Positions 1-12,374 of a stretch of 64,000 bases of DNA are shown one piece after another (positions within the stretch are counted from its first letter, which is position 1; each line of letters opens with the position of its first letter). A model generated the notes under the pieces. That model saw only the letters and a list, made by a program, of their open reading frames with translations. It searched no databases and was not told the DNA's origin. This DNA is from Alphaproteobacteria bacterium. GTDB lineage: Bacteria; Pseudomonadota; Alphaproteobacteria; SP197. The translations under genes and the position numbers were made by a program. The DNA lies in NCBI GenBank assembly GCA_016869675.1, contig VGDP01000001.1:18801-82800 (forward strand), written 5' to 3'.

Positions 1-69
1 AGCCGCGGTGAGCACGACGAGGGCGGCCGCGCCGCGCCCGATCCAGCGCAGGACGCGGCGCGGCCGCAC

Positions 70-1215
70 CTAGGCGAGGCCCAGCTCGGCCAGGATCGCG
101 GCGCGTTGGCCGTCCAGCACGGGCGCGCCCGGAAGCCGCTCGGCCGGCGGTGCTCCATCGATCCGAATCGGGCTACCGGCGACGCGCAGGGTCCCGGCGT
201 TCGGGTCGTCGATTGACACGATCATGCCGCGTGCCTTGACCTGGGGGTCCGCGACCACGTCGGCGACGGTGTTGATCGGCCCGCCGGGGATGCCGGCCTT
301 GGCCATGACCTCGAGCCAGTGCCGCGTCGGCTGCTGGCGCGTGATCCGTTCGATCACAGCCTTGAGCGCCAGGACATTGGCGTTGCGCAGGTCGTTGGTC
401 CAGAAGCGCGGATCCGTCCGCAGGGCGTCGTCGTCTAGGGCGGTGGCCAGCTTCTCGAACAAGGCGTCGTTGCCGGCCGCGATGACCACGTGGCCGTCCG
501 CCGTGGCGTAGGACTCGAAGGGGGCGATCGCCGGGTGCCGGGCACCCAGTGGGCCCGGGACGCTGCCGCCCGAGAGGTACCGGCTGATCGCGTTCTCCAG
601 GATCGCGACCTGGCAATCGAGCATGGCGATATCGAGCACCGTGCCGCGCCCCGTGCGTTCACGCTCGCGCAACGCGGCCGTGATGCCGATGGCGGCGTAG
701 AGCCCGGCCGTGATATCGCCGATCGAGGTGCCGACACGCACCGGGTCCTGGCCGGGATGACCGGTCAGGCTCATCAGCCCCCCCATGGCCTGGACCACCA
801 GGTCGTACGCCGGACGGTCGCTGTAGGGCCCCGACTGCCCGAAGCCCGAAATGGCGGCGTAGACGAGGCGTGGATGGCGCTTGGTCAGCACGTCGCTGTC
901 CAGGCCAAGGCGCGCCATGACACCGGGCCGGAAGTTCTCGACCAGCACATCGGCATGCGCCACCAGTGCCTCGAACACGCGGCGATCGGCGGCGTCCTTC
1001 AGATCCAGGACGATGCTCTCCTTGCCCCGGTTGACCGAGGCGAAGTAGGCCGATGTGCCGTTCACGAACGGGCCGAACGCGCGACTGTCGTCGCCCTTGC
1101 CGCTCTCGACCTTGATGACCCGGGCGCCCAGGTCCGCCAGCGCCAAGGTGCAGAACGGTCCCGCGAGCACGCGGCTGAGATCGACGACGGTGATCCCCTC
1201 GAGGGGCCCTGGCAT
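70..1215 (-). CDS. CoA transferase, family III (CaiB/BaiF type)
   Basis: 381-aa ORF. N-terminus 'GITVVDLSRVLAGPFCTLALADLGARVIKVE' and length are typical of family III acyl-CoA transferases. TAG stop at 70-72. Confidence 0.85.
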   Translation of the reverse strand: MPGPLEGITVVDLSRVLAGPFCTLALADLGARVIKVESGKGDDSRAFGPFVNGTSAYFASVNRGKESIVLDLKDAADRRVFEALVAHADVLVENFRPGVMARLGLDSDVLTKRHPRLVYAAISGFGQSGPYSDRPAYDLVVQAMGGLMSLTGHPGQDPVRVGTSIGDITAGLYAAIGITAALRERERTGRGTVLDIAMLDCQVAILENAISRYLSGGSVPGPLGARHPAIAPFESYATADGHVVIAAGNDALFEKLATALDDDALRTDPRFWTNDLRNANVLALKAVIERITRQQPTRHWLEVMAKAGIPGGPINTVADVVADPQVKARGMIVSIDDPNAGTLRVAGSPIRIDGAPPAERLPGAPVLDGQRAAILAELGLA

Positions 1216-1353
1216 CCCATCGGCTCCATGGCAGCGTTTCCAAGGGCGCTTCTAGCCTACACGCGGCCCTCCGACAATTGGCGATTGGTAGCTTTCGGGG
1301 GGGCGAATCGGCTGGTAGAGTGATGCTGCATTGCAGCAGGAGACGCCGTCCTC

Positions 1354-4032
<2,679 letters not shown>

Positions 4033-4048
4033 GCGGCAAGGTCAGGCG

Positions 4049-4600
4049 GTGAGCATGGGCAAACGCGCGGGGCTCTATCCGGGCACGTTCGATCCGGTGA
4101 CGGGCGGGCATATGGACATCATCCGGCGGGCCCGGCGGGTCGTCGATCACGTGGTGATCGCGGTCGCCGTCAACGCGGGCAAGGGGCCGATGTTCACGGT
4201 CGATGAGCGGATCGCCATGGTGCGCGCCGAGGTCGCCTCGATGAACGGCGACGGCGGCTCGACCGTCGAGGTGCGCCCGTTCGCCGGCCTGCTCGTGCAT
4301 TTCGCCCAGGAATGCGGCGCCGGCGTCGTCATCCGCGGTCTGCGCGCGGTTTCCGACTTCGACTACGAGTTCCAGATGTGCGGCATGAACGCGCGCATCG
4401 CGCCGACCATCGAGACCGTGTTCCTGATGGCGTCCGAACGCCATCATTTCATCTCGTCGCGCTTCGTCAAGGAAATCGCCCGGTTGGGCGGCGACATCGC
4501 GTCGTTCGTGTCCCCCTCGGTGCGCGACCTGCTGCTGGCCAAGGTTGCGGCTGAGAAGGCCGACGGCACCCACAAGGCGATGATCGGCGCCCGGGGCTGA
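4049..4600 (+). CDS. coaD: phosphopantetheine adenylyltransferase
   Basis: '[21 protein letters not shown]' carries the nucleotidyltransferase T/HxGH motif. The C-terminus is somewhat extended. The true start may be the ATG at 4055. Confidence 0.92.
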   Translation: MSMGKRAGLYPGTFDPVTGGHMDIIRRARRVVDHVVIAVAVNAGKGPMFTVDERIAMVRAEVASMNGDGGSTVEVRPFAGLLVHFAQECGAGVVIRGLRAVSDFDYEFQMCGMNARIAPTIETVFLMASERHHFISSRFVKEIARLGGDIASFVSPSVRDLLLAKVAAEKADGTHKAMIGARG

Positions 4601-4620
4601 GCGCCCACTTCAGGCATCGT

Positions 4621-4680
4621 TCCCCGGTCATGACACTCGGCGTCATCCCCGGGCGCCGCAAGGCGGCGAACCGGGGACCC
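4621..4680. repeat. REP-like GC-rich palindromic intergenic element
   Basis: Nested inverted repeats: TCCCCGG (4646-4652) pairs with CCGGGGA (4671-4677), enclosing GCGCCGC-AAG-GCGGCGA. An extra TCCCCGG copy lies at 4621-4627. The core resembles the hairpin at 59793-59832. Confidence 0.6.
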
Positions 4681-4781
4681 AGGTCCGGCGACTTGGTTGC
4701 TGCACTGGATGCCTTGTTCCGGCCCATGGCCGGCCCGGGCATGATAGACGAAGTTGGACGGGCAAAGGGCGGGCGCTGACC

Positions 4782-5828
4782 TTGCGGGTCGACCTTTTCG
4801 ATTTTGCGCTGCCGTCCGGCCTGATCGCCGAGCGCCCCGCGAGCCCGCGCGACGCGGCGCGTCTGCTGGTGGCCGGCGCGTACCTCGCCGATCGTCACGT
4901 ACGAGACCTGCCGGATCTGCTGCGCCCCGGCGACTTGCTGGTGGTCAACGACACGCGTGTGCTGCCGGCGCGCCTGACCGGGCGGATCGGTGACGGCCGG
5001 GTTGAGGTGACTCTGGATCGCGAGGCCGCCCTCGGTCGCTGGAGCGCTCTGGTGCGGCCGGCCAAACGGTTCCGCACCGGCTCGGTCGTGGACTTCGGCG
5101 AAGGTTTCGCGGCAACGGTTGTCGAACGGGGCGACGGTGGCCAGGTGACGCTCGACTTTGAGGTGACGGGACCAGACTTCCTGTTTCACATCGCGCGTCA
5201 TGGCGCGGTGCCCCTGCCGCCCTATATATCGCGCCCGGCGGGGCCCGAAACCGCGGATACCGAAGACTATCAAACCGTGTTCGCCGCGCGGCCGGGCGCG
5301 GTGGCGGCGCCGACCGCCGGGCTGCACTTCACGCCCGACCTGCTCGCCCGGCTCGCCGTGTGCGGCGTGGGGCTGGCCAAGGTCACGCTCCATGTGGGCG
5401 CGGGAACCTTCTTGCCGGTCCGCGTCGATGACACGGCGGACCATCGCATGCACCCGGAATGGGGTCGGCTCGGCGGCGATGTGGTCGAGGCGGTCGAGCG
5501 GACGCGCCGGGCGGGCAGGCGCGTCGTCGCGGTAGGCTCGACCAGCCTGCGGCTGCTGGAGACGGCGGCGCGGGACGACGGGGATGTCCGGCCGTTCGAG
5601 GGCCTGGTCGATCTGTTCATCACGCCCGGGTTCCGCTTCCGCGTCGCCGACCTGATGCTGACCAACTTCCACCTACCGCGCTCGACGCTGCTCATGCTCG
5701 TCGCCGCGTTCGTGGGCCTCGACCGCATCAAGGCCGCGTACGCCCACGCGATCGCCGAGCGCTACCGCTTCTACTCCTATGGCGACGCCTGCCTGCTCGA
5801 GCGGGCGGACCAACCCGGCACGCTTTGA
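4782..5828 (+). CDS. queA: S-adenosylmethionine:tRNA ribosyltransferase-isomerase
   Basis: 348-aa ORF. '[30 protein letters not shown]' and '[17 protein letters not shown]' are typical QueA motifs. Confidence 0.95.
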   Translation: MRVDLFDFALPSGLIAERPASPRDAARLLVAGAYLADRHVRDLPDLLRPGDLLVVNDTRVLPARLTGRIGDGRVEVTLDREAALGRWSALVRPAKRFRTGSVVDFGEGFAATVVERGDGGQVTLDFEVTGPDFLFHIARHGAVPLPPYISRPAGPETADTEDYQTVFAARPGAVAAPTAGLHFTPDLLARLAVCGVGLAKVTLHVGAGTFLPVRVDDTADHRMHPEWGRLGGDVVEAVERTRRAGRRVVAVGSTSLRLLETAARDDGDVRPFEGLVDLFITPGFRFRVADLMLTNFHLPRSTLLMLVAAFVGLDRIKAAYAHAIAERYRFYSYGDACLLERADQPGTL

Positions 5829-5835
5829 CCCGCGA

Positions 5836-6459
5836 TCAGGCGCGCGGCGGGTAGAGTTCAAAATGGCCGCCGCGTGGCGGCGCCTCGCCATTGATGCCGA
5901 AGCCCTCGGACGGGCAGGCGGAGCACACCAGCACCACGTCGCGGCGTGCTTCCATTTCGACATAGGCGCCGGGCAAGGCACCGGCCGGCAGGTCCGCCAG
6001 GTAGCGGCCGTCGCGGATCGTCGCGATCTCGAACAAGTTCCACGGGCAGGGGACAACCGGCGGGGCGAGACCGAAGGGTGTCAGCGCCGCGCGCAGGTTG
6101 TCGGCGCAGTTGGGGTGGTCCGGCTTGCCCATGGCGGCGTACTCGACAGCGTCGCACGCGGCGTACTGGGTGTCGTGCAGGCCGGGCGAGGTATCGGCGG
6201 TGATGGTCAGGAAGGGCTCGCGCCGGTTGCTGACCAGGGTGTCGCCAACCTCGAACATGATCTTGTAGGTGGCGACGCGGCTGTGCTCCATGGACAGGAA
6301 ATGCGTTGCGTCGGCGGGATCGAAAGCCCATGTGTCCACGACCTGACCGCCGTGCGTGTTGACTACGCACACCTTGGTACCCGCGGCCACGGCCACGGCG
6401 CGACCCTCGCGGGCAGGAATATCGATGCGTCGATGAGCTGGGGTCATGCTCGTACTCAT
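5836..6459 (-). CDS. DUF1989 / urea-carboxylase-associated family protein
   Basis: 207-aa ORF. The overall pattern ('GGQVVDTWAF...HFLSMEHSR...YAACD') resembles the DUF1989 family. Function unknown. Confidence 0.7.
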   Translation of the reverse strand: MSTSMTPAHRRIDIPAREGRAVAVAAGTKVCVVNTHGGQVVDTWAFDPADATHFLSMEHSRVATYKIMFEVGDTLVSNRREPFLTITADTSPGLHDTQYAACDAVEYAAMGKPDHPNCADNLRAALTPFGLAPPVVPCPWNLFEIATIRDGRYLADLPAGALPGAYVEMEARRDVVLVCSACPSEGFGINGEAPPRGGHFELYPPRA

Positions 6460-6528
6460 CCTCGCATCAATGATGCGGCGCGGGGAGCTTCAGGGCAATC
6501 TGGGTTGCCCAGCGCAGAGGGAGCCACT

Positions 6529-7686
6529 TTGGCACCATCGACGACCGAGCCCTACGAGGAAATCCGAGCCGCCGTCGCCAAGTTGTGCCGGGAATTTCCC
6601 GGGCCATATTGGCGTGAGCTCGACCGGGAGCGTGCCTACCCCGAGGCGTTCGTCGCGGCCCTGACCAAGGCCGGATACCTCGGGGCCTTGATCCCCGAGG
6701 CGTACGGCGGTGCCGGACTAACGATCGCGGCGGCGGCGGCGGTGCTCGAGGAAATCCAGCGCCAGGGCTGCAACGGCGCTGCGTGCCACGCCCAGATGTA
6801 CATCATGGGCGCGCTCGTCCGGCACGGGACCGAGGCTCAGAAGCAGGCGTTCCTGCCCGACATCGCGGCGGGCCGCTTGCGGTTGCAGGCGTTCGGGGTC
6901 ACCGAGCCGACGAGTGGCACTGATACCGCGTCGCTGCGCACGACCGCGGTGCGCGATGGTGACGATTGGGTGATCAACGGTCAGAAGATTTGGACCAGCC
7001 GGGCCGAGCACTCGGACCTGATGCTGGTGCTTGCGCGCACGACACCGATCGAGCGCGTCGCCAAGCGCACCGATGGACTCTCGGTCTTTCTGCTCGACAT
7101 GCGGACGGTGTCCGGCCTTACGGTCCGGCCGATCCGCACCATGATGAACCACGCCACGACCGAGGTGTTCCTGGCCGATGTGCGCGTGCCCAGCGGCAAC
7201 GTGATCGGGGCCGAGGGCCAGGGGTTTCGGGTGATCCTGTCCGGCATGAACGCGGAACGTATCCTGATCGCCGCCGAGTGCGTGGGCGACGCCAAATGGT
7301 TTCTCGACCGCGCCGGCGCGTACGCCAAGGAGCGCGTCGTCTTCAGCCGGCCCATCGGGCGCAACCAGGGCGTGCAGTTCCCCATCGCCAAGGCGTACGC
7401 CGCCATGCGCGCGGCCGAATTGATGACGCGCGAGGCGGCCGCGCTGTACGAAGCGGGCGCGCCGTGCGGCGCCGAAGCCAACATGGCGAAGCTTCTGGCC
7501 GCCGATGCCGCGTGGGAGGCGGCCAACGTCTGCGTCCAGACTCACGGCGGGTTCGGTTTCGCCGAGGATTTCGACATCGAGCGCAAGTTCCGCGAAACGC
7601 GGCTCTATCAGGTGGCGCCGGTCTCGACCAACCTGATCCTGGCCTACCTGGCGGAACACGTCCTCGGCCTGCCCCGTTCCTATTGA
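6529..7686 (+). CDS. acyl-CoA dehydrogenase family protein
   Basis: C-terminal 385 codons of ORF 5779..7686. Contains 'GVTEPTSGTDTASLRT', 'WTSRAEHSD' and 'FRETRLYQVAPVSTN'. Proposed TTG start at 6529 follows AGAGGGAG. The upstream part of the ORF is antisense to the DUF1989 gene. Confidence 0.85.
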   Translation: MAPSTTEPYEEIRAAVAKLCREFPGPYWRELDRERAYPEAFVAALTKAGYLGALIPEAYGGAGLTIAAAAAVLEEIQRQGCNGAACHAQMYIMGALVRHGTEAQKQAFLPDIAAGRLRLQAFGVTEPTSGTDTASLRTTAVRDGDDWVINGQKIWTSRAEHSDLMLVLARTTPIERVAKRTDGLSVFLLDMRTVSGLTVRPIRTMMNHATTEVFLADVRVPSGNVIGAEGQGFRVILSGMNAERILIAAECVGDAKWFLDRAGAYAKERVVFSRPIGRNQGVQFPIAKAYAAMRAAELMTREAAALYEAGAPCGAEANMAKLLAADAAWEAANVCVQTHGGFGFAEDFDIERKFRETRLYQVAPVSTNLILAYLAEHVLGLPRSY

Positions 7687-7800
7687 CGGAGGCTTGCGCG
7701 GCACCCTCACGAATGGGTCATGGTGCGGTCACCCAGGCCGTCGTAAGACTCACGCGAACGGGCGCCATCGTGGGCGCTCTCGGCCACAGGGGACAGCATC

Positions 7801-8961
7801 ATGACGTTCAAACCGTCGATGTCGGTATGGGAGTTCGAGGATCGTGTGCGCGCCGGCCGGCTCACGCGCCGCCAAGCGCACCGGGTGCTGGCGTCCTTCG
7901 GCGTCGGCCTGGCGGTGACGCCGGCCCTGGGCAGCCGTGCCCGCGCGGCGGCCGAGGACCAGCCGATGTTTTTCACCTGGGCGGGCTACGACAGGCCCGA
8001 GTTCATGGCTCAGTACGTGGCCAAGTACGGCGAGGAGCCGCAGTACTCGTTCTTCGGCGACGAGGACAAGGCGTTCAACAAGATGCGCATCGGATTCGAC
8101 CCGCATGTGACCTACCCGTGTGGCGTGTCGCTCAAGCTGTGGAACGACGCCGGCCTGCTGGCGCCCATCGATGAAGGCAAGCTGTCGCACTTCGCCGACA
8201 TCATCGACGTGTTCAAGGGGGCGCCCAATTCGATGGTCAACGGCAAGCGCCTCTACGTGCCCGAGGATTGGGGCCAGACCTCGATGATCATCTGCACCGA
8301 CCTGGCGCCCGAGTACGCCGACCCGGCCAACCAGACCTGGAAGGCCATGTGGGATCCGAAGTACGCTGGCAAGATCGCGATGACCGATTACTCCTACGAG
8401 GTGTTCGCCATCGCGGCGCTGGCGTTGGGCTACGTACCCTGGACGTTGACGCCCGAGCAGCGCGAGGAGTGCGCGGAGCTGATCCGCCAGCAGATCCCGC
8501 TCAACCGCATGATCACCACGGACGCGACCACCCAGGGCCAGGCCATCGCCTCGGGCGAGGTGGTGATCGCGGTCGGCACCAACGGCCTGCTGTCCGAGCT
8601 CGCCTCGCTCGCCGAGGTCTCGGGCATCGCCTACACCTGGGCGACGCCGAAGGAAGGCGCCATGACCTGGCACTGCGGCCTATGCATCCATTCGGCCGCC
8701 TACGAGGAAGGCCTGGAGGACCGCTGCCACGACCTGATCGATTCGATGATCTCGCCCGGGGCCGGAGCGTTCGAGATCGGCAACTGGTACTATGGCCACG
8801 TCAACCGCAAGGCCTACGACAGCTTCGACGAGGAGTTCCTGAACTCGATCGGCCAGACCAAGGATGTCGAGGGGTTCCTCGCCAACGCGGTGTTCGTGCA
8901 GACCATGAACGAGCCCGAGATGCTGGCCACTCGGTGGGAGGAGCTGAAGGCCGGGTACTGA
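7801..8961 (+). CDS. PotD/PotF-like periplasmic solute-binding protein with Tat-type signal
   Basis: 386 aa. Twin-arginine signal 'LTRRQAHRVLASFGVGLAV'. Paralogous to 10567..11682 and 27775..28875. No adjacent permease or ATPase gene. Confidence 0.8.
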   Translation: MTFKPSMSVWEFEDRVRAGRLTRRQAHRVLASFGVGLAVTPALGSRARAAAEDQPMFFTWAGYDRPEFMAQYVAKYGEEPQYSFFGDEDKAFNKMRIGFDPHVTYPCGVSLKLWNDAGLLAPIDEGKLSHFADIIDVFKGAPNSMVNGKRLYVPEDWGQTSMIICTDLAPEYADPANQTWKAMWDPKYAGKIAMTDYSYEVFAIAALALGYVPWTLTPEQREECAELIRQQIPLNRMITTDATTQGQAIASGEVVIAVGTNGLLSELASLAEVSGIAYTWATPKEGAMTWHCGLCIHSAAYEEGLEDRCHDLIDSMISPGAGAFEIGNWYYGHVNRKAYDSFDEEFLNSIGQTKDVEGFLANAVFVQTMNEPEMLATRWEELKAGY

Positions 8962-9013
8962 GCGCACGGGGGCCGGATCACGGCGGGTCCGGGCAACGGT
9001 ACCCGCCAATCCG

Positions 9014-9448
9014 TCAGGCGGCGGTGCGCCGCTCCACGGTGATGGTCGCCGTGCGCCCGAACAAGGCAAGCGCGCTGGTCATGCGGCCGACGCCGCTGGG
9101 GTGCGCCGGGTCGAGCAGGCGGCGCGCCTCCTTATGGTCGACGTGAAGGCCCCGCGCGATGCGCGCCGCCGCGCCTCGCCGCCCCGACGCCGCCGCTATG
9201 AGAGCCACCTTGAGCGCCACCGCCGGCTCGACCGGAACCAAGTCCTCGCCCTTGCGTGGGCGCGACGCGCGCGGGATTTCCTGGCCGTCGCGCAGCCGGA
9301 ACCAGAGGGTTGTCGCCAGGGCGTCAACGGCCATGGCATGGGCCTCGGACAGGTCCCGGCCGGCGGTGTGCGTGTCAGGCAGGTCGCGGAAGCTCACAGC
9401 GATCATGCCGTCGTCGGGATCGAAGCGGGCGGGGTAGGCGAAGTACAA
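9014..9448 (-). CDS. hicB: HicB-family antitoxin
   Basis: 144 aa. The N-terminal 'YPARFDPDDGMIAVSFRDLPDTHTAGRDLSEA' matches the HicB fold. There is a C-terminal DNA-binding-like tail. It lies directly downstream of hicA. Confidence 0.8.
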   Translation of the reverse strand: MYFAYPARFDPDDGMIAVSFRDLPDTHTAGRDLSEAHAMAVDALATTLWFRLRDGQEIPRASRPRKGEDLVPVEPAVALKVALIAAASGRRGAAARIARGLHVDHKEARRLLDPAHPSGVGRMTSALALFGRTATITVERRTAA

Positions 9449-9460
9449 GGGGGGTCTCCT

Positions 9461-9670
9461 TCAGATGTCGCGCTCGGTCAGGCCGAGCCCCTTGAGGATG
9501 CCGTGGCCCTTGCCGCGCGGCAGGTCGCCATGGGTCGGCATGGTGGTCGCGCGCTCGTCGAAGTAGACGCGATCATGACTGCCCTTGCCGGGCCGCGCGT
9601 CGAAGGCGAAGGGCACGCCGCGCCGCTTGGCGTTCCTTTTTAGACGACGGAGCAACTCGTCGGTTTTCAC
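9461..9670 (-). CDS. hicA: HicA-family mRNA interferase toxin
   Basis: 'KTDELLRRLKRNAKRRGVPFAFDARPGKGSHDRVYF' includes the HicA GSH motif. Start is ambiguous: GTG at 9670 is used here, and the ORF extends to a GTG at 9739. Confidence 0.72.
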   Translation of the reverse strand: MKTDELLRRLKRNAKRRGVPFAFDARPGKGSHDRVYFDERATTMPTHGDLPRGKGHGILKGLGLTERDI

Positions 9671-9913
9671 GAAGGGTGAATAGGACGTATGTGTCCTATT
9701 TGTCAAGCGAAGGGTGTACGCTGGCGTCCGCAATCTCACCCTGCTCGCTACAAGGAGGACCTGGGCGCGCTGTTACCACCGCATCGCTTCAATGTTCCCG
9801 ACCTTGTCCGGGGTGTTCGATGGCGTTCCGAGCATTCGCGCGCCTTGCCGCCATCGGCGGCACGCCATAGGGTGCCCGACGTGAGGGCGGCAGCGCGCCG
9901 CCCACACCCGCGC

Positions 9914-9989
9914 GAGCCCGTAGCTCAGGTGGTAGAGCACGTGACTTTTAATCATGGGGTCGAGGGTTCGAGTCCCTCCGGGCTCACCA
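9914..9989 (+). tRNA. tRNA-Lys (anticodon UUU)
   Basis: 76-nt cloverleaf folded by hand. Acceptor stem GAGCCCG/CGGGCTC, anticodon loop CTTTTAA, T-loop GGTTCGAGTCC, encoded CCA. Confidence 0.93.
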
Positions 9990-10213
9990 AATAAAACATA
10001 TACTTACAGAGGATTTCCAATATAATACATCAAGAAGAAATGCATCCGGGATACCGCTGGGGTACCAAATTGGCCGGACGACTCGGCCCGTAACCCCGGG
10101 GCGGCCTTGCACCTTCGCGAGGGTACCGTTGCGACGTAGACTAGTTGGTGCCGCGCTGACGATTGGGTCCCTGCTGGGATTCCCGCGGACTCGCGGGCAT
10201 GTGAGTCTGGGGC

Positions 10214-10520
10214 ATGCGCAAGGGGTTCGTCGTTAAAGTAACGGGCTGTGATCGCGTTCGGCTCGAGGCGATCGTAGCCAACGGCAACACGCCGCAGAAG
10301 CATGCGTGGCGCGCCCGCATCATTCTTTTGACCAGCGATCGGCTGGGCACCAACGAGATCATGCGGTGCACCGGCAAGAGCAAGTCGGTGATCTGGCGCT
10401 GGCAGGAGCGCTTCATGCACGAAGGCGTGGACGGGCTGCTGCCGACCAGACCCGTGCGCCGCTGGGCCAAGCGATCATCGACCGGGTCGCGGAACTGACC
10501 AGGAGCGCACCGCCGGGCCG
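10214..10520 (+). mobile_element. IS630-family transposase remnant (N-terminal HTH region only, frameshifted and truncated)
   Basis: 'RLEAIVANGNTPQKHAWRARIILLTSDRLGTNEIMRCTGKSKSVIWRWQERFMHEGVDGLL' is typical of the IS630 N-terminus. It continues in another frame ('APLGQAIIDRVAELTRSAPPG') and then stops. No DDE domain is present. Confidence 0.65.
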
Positions 10521-10566
10521 GGGTCGTCGAAGGTCCGGCGCGGCGGCGGGGATCACGCTCCTGGTT

Positions 10567-11682
10567 TCAGAATCCGGCGGTGATCTCTTCCCATTCACGG
10601 TTGATGGCCTGCTCGATCTCCGGCGGCTGCGGCCCGACGAAGACACCACGGGCAAGGATCTCAAGCGGATTCTTGGACAGGCCGCGCGCGATCAGATCCG
10701 TCTCAGACACGGATTCGCACGACTTGCGGTTGGCGTGACCGTACGCGAACTCCATGATTTCGAATGAGCCGGAGCGCGGATCGAGGTGCGCATCGATCAG
10801 GTCGAGCGCCTTGGCCTCATGAGGCGCGTCCTTCATCAGGACCAGGCCGCAGCACCAGGTCAGCACGCTCTCCTTCGGGTTCGCGAACTTCACCGGGATG
10901 CCCTCGTTCTGCAATTGCAGCGCCGAGTTGTTCCAGGTCTTGGCGGCGACGAATTCACCCGTCGCCAGTGACTGCTCCAGGGACGTGGTGTCGCTGGCGT
11001 GCTCGCGCAGGAGCGGTCGTTGCCGCTGGAGCAGCTCCTTGACTTTGGCCATGCCCGCCGCGTCGACGTTCGCGGTATCGATCCCGGCGTAGATCGCGGC
11101 GCACCACCATGCGTCCTCGGCGGCGCCCAGCATGGACAGCTTGCCCGCAAAGCGCTCGTCCCACAGCAGCGACCATGATTCCTGCTCGCCCTGAAGATCG
11201 ACGAGGTCGGTGCGATAGGTGATCGAGGTCTGGCCCCAGTCGATCGGAACGAACCATTGATGTCCGTCTGCCTGCATCCCTTCCAGGGTCTTCAACTCGT
11301 CGAACACGTAGGGCCAGTTGCTAAGCCGCGTGGTGTCGATGGGTTGGAGAATGCCGGCATCGCGCCATCGCGGGATCATGCTGCTGCATGGGAAGGTGAT
11401 GTCGACGACGAAGCCGGAGCGTATCTTCGTGAACGCCTCTTCGTTATCGGCGAACAGAGGCGTGTCCGGTGGCGCCCCGTGCTTCTCCACGTAGGCGGGC
11501 CAGAACTCGGGGACGTCGTAACCCGCCCAGGTATAGTAGATCGCCTCGTCTCCGGTTCAAGCCGGTCTCCGGTGCATCGGCACGACCGCGACGGCGAGCC
11601 CGGCCGCAGCCAAGGACCTCTGGAATGCGCGGCGGCTGTAAGCGGAACCGCGCGAACGGCGTTCCGAATGACTGGGTGTCAT
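10567..11682 (-). pseudogene. PotD/PotF-like solute-binding protein interrupted by an in-frame TGA
   Basis: ORFs 10567..11490 and 11557..12252 share one frame. The Tat signal 'SRRAFQRSLAAAGLAVAV...HRRPA' is followed by TGA (11557-11559), then 'TGDEAIYYTWAGYDVPEF...'. Confidence 0.75.
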
Positions 11683-11915
11683 GGTCACCCTTCTGTGCGA
11701 GATCGTCTGCACATTGCCCGACATTTCGCAGATGAACTCTGGAACGGCGTGGCCGCCAGCATACGGCTGGGTTCCCCAGAAGCCATAGGCGGGTTTCGCA
11801 GTGCTCCCGGTATTCCAGTCGTCCCAAACGACGTCTGATCCACCGATCTGGCCACTTCCCTCGTCTTTCGGACACACTCCTCCCGTCGTGATGACGCACC
11901 CGACCGTGCCAAGCC

Positions 11916-12252
11916 TTAAGGAGGGGCCGGTCTTCGTCGCAGCCCATCGATCAGCCGCAGCCGCTCGAAGATCCGTTTCGCCGTGTGCCGCTGCTTGCGA
12001 TGCGCGGTCCTGTCCTCTTCCAGGATCCCCTTGGATGATCCCGACGAACGCATCCAGTTTCGGTCGTGGCGGTGGACCACGGCGCCAGTAGCCAGGCGGA
12101 ACCGGGAACAACAGCATCTTCGCGACCGTCTGGCGGTCAACCCCGAACCGTCGGGCCACCTCCCGCTGGCTCAACCCCTCCCCATGGCACGCAAGCCGTA
12201 CACGACGATAAAGATCCATCCCGTACATTCCCCGAGCCTTCAATCCGGTCAT
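11916..12252 (-). mobile_element. IS21-family IstA transposase remnant (N-terminal HTH fragment, frameshifted)
   Basis: 'MDLYRRVRLACHGEGLSQREVARRFGVDRQTVAKMLLFPVPPGYWRRGPPPRPKLDAFVGIIQG' continues in a second frame as 'ILEEDRTAHRKQRHTAKRIFERLR'. The catalytic domain and istB are absent. Confidence 0.65.
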
Positions 12253-12374
12253 GACCGGTGAAGGCTAAAGGCGGTCCCATCTTGAGCCGCCGCGGCTGAA
12301 CCAGACGGCCGCTTCAGTGGGGGAGTATTCCGCCGACGTTCTCGAACAGCCGATCACGGGGTACCTTTTCGGTC

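Noticed and set aside
5779-6528. A 250-codon N-terminal extension of the acyl-CoA dehydrogenase ORF.
   Set aside because: The extension is antisense to the DUF1989 gene and has no ACAD similarity. The conserved ACAD N-terminus begins near the TTG at 6529.
10499-10564. Inverted repeat CCAGGAGCG...CGCTCCTGG after the PotD-like pseudogene, as a terminator.
   Set aside because: The 9-bp stem encloses a 48-nt loop and there is no U-tract. It coincides with the truncation point of the IS630 remnant, so it is more likely a junction scar. The evidence is too weak to annotate.
9990-12370. An intact IS element or integrative element next to tRNA-Lys.
   Set aside because: Only the N-terminal HTH parts of IS630-type and IS21-type transposases remain. 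There is no DDE domain, no istB and no integrase. I could not find terminal inverted repeats or a duplicated tRNA 3' end.
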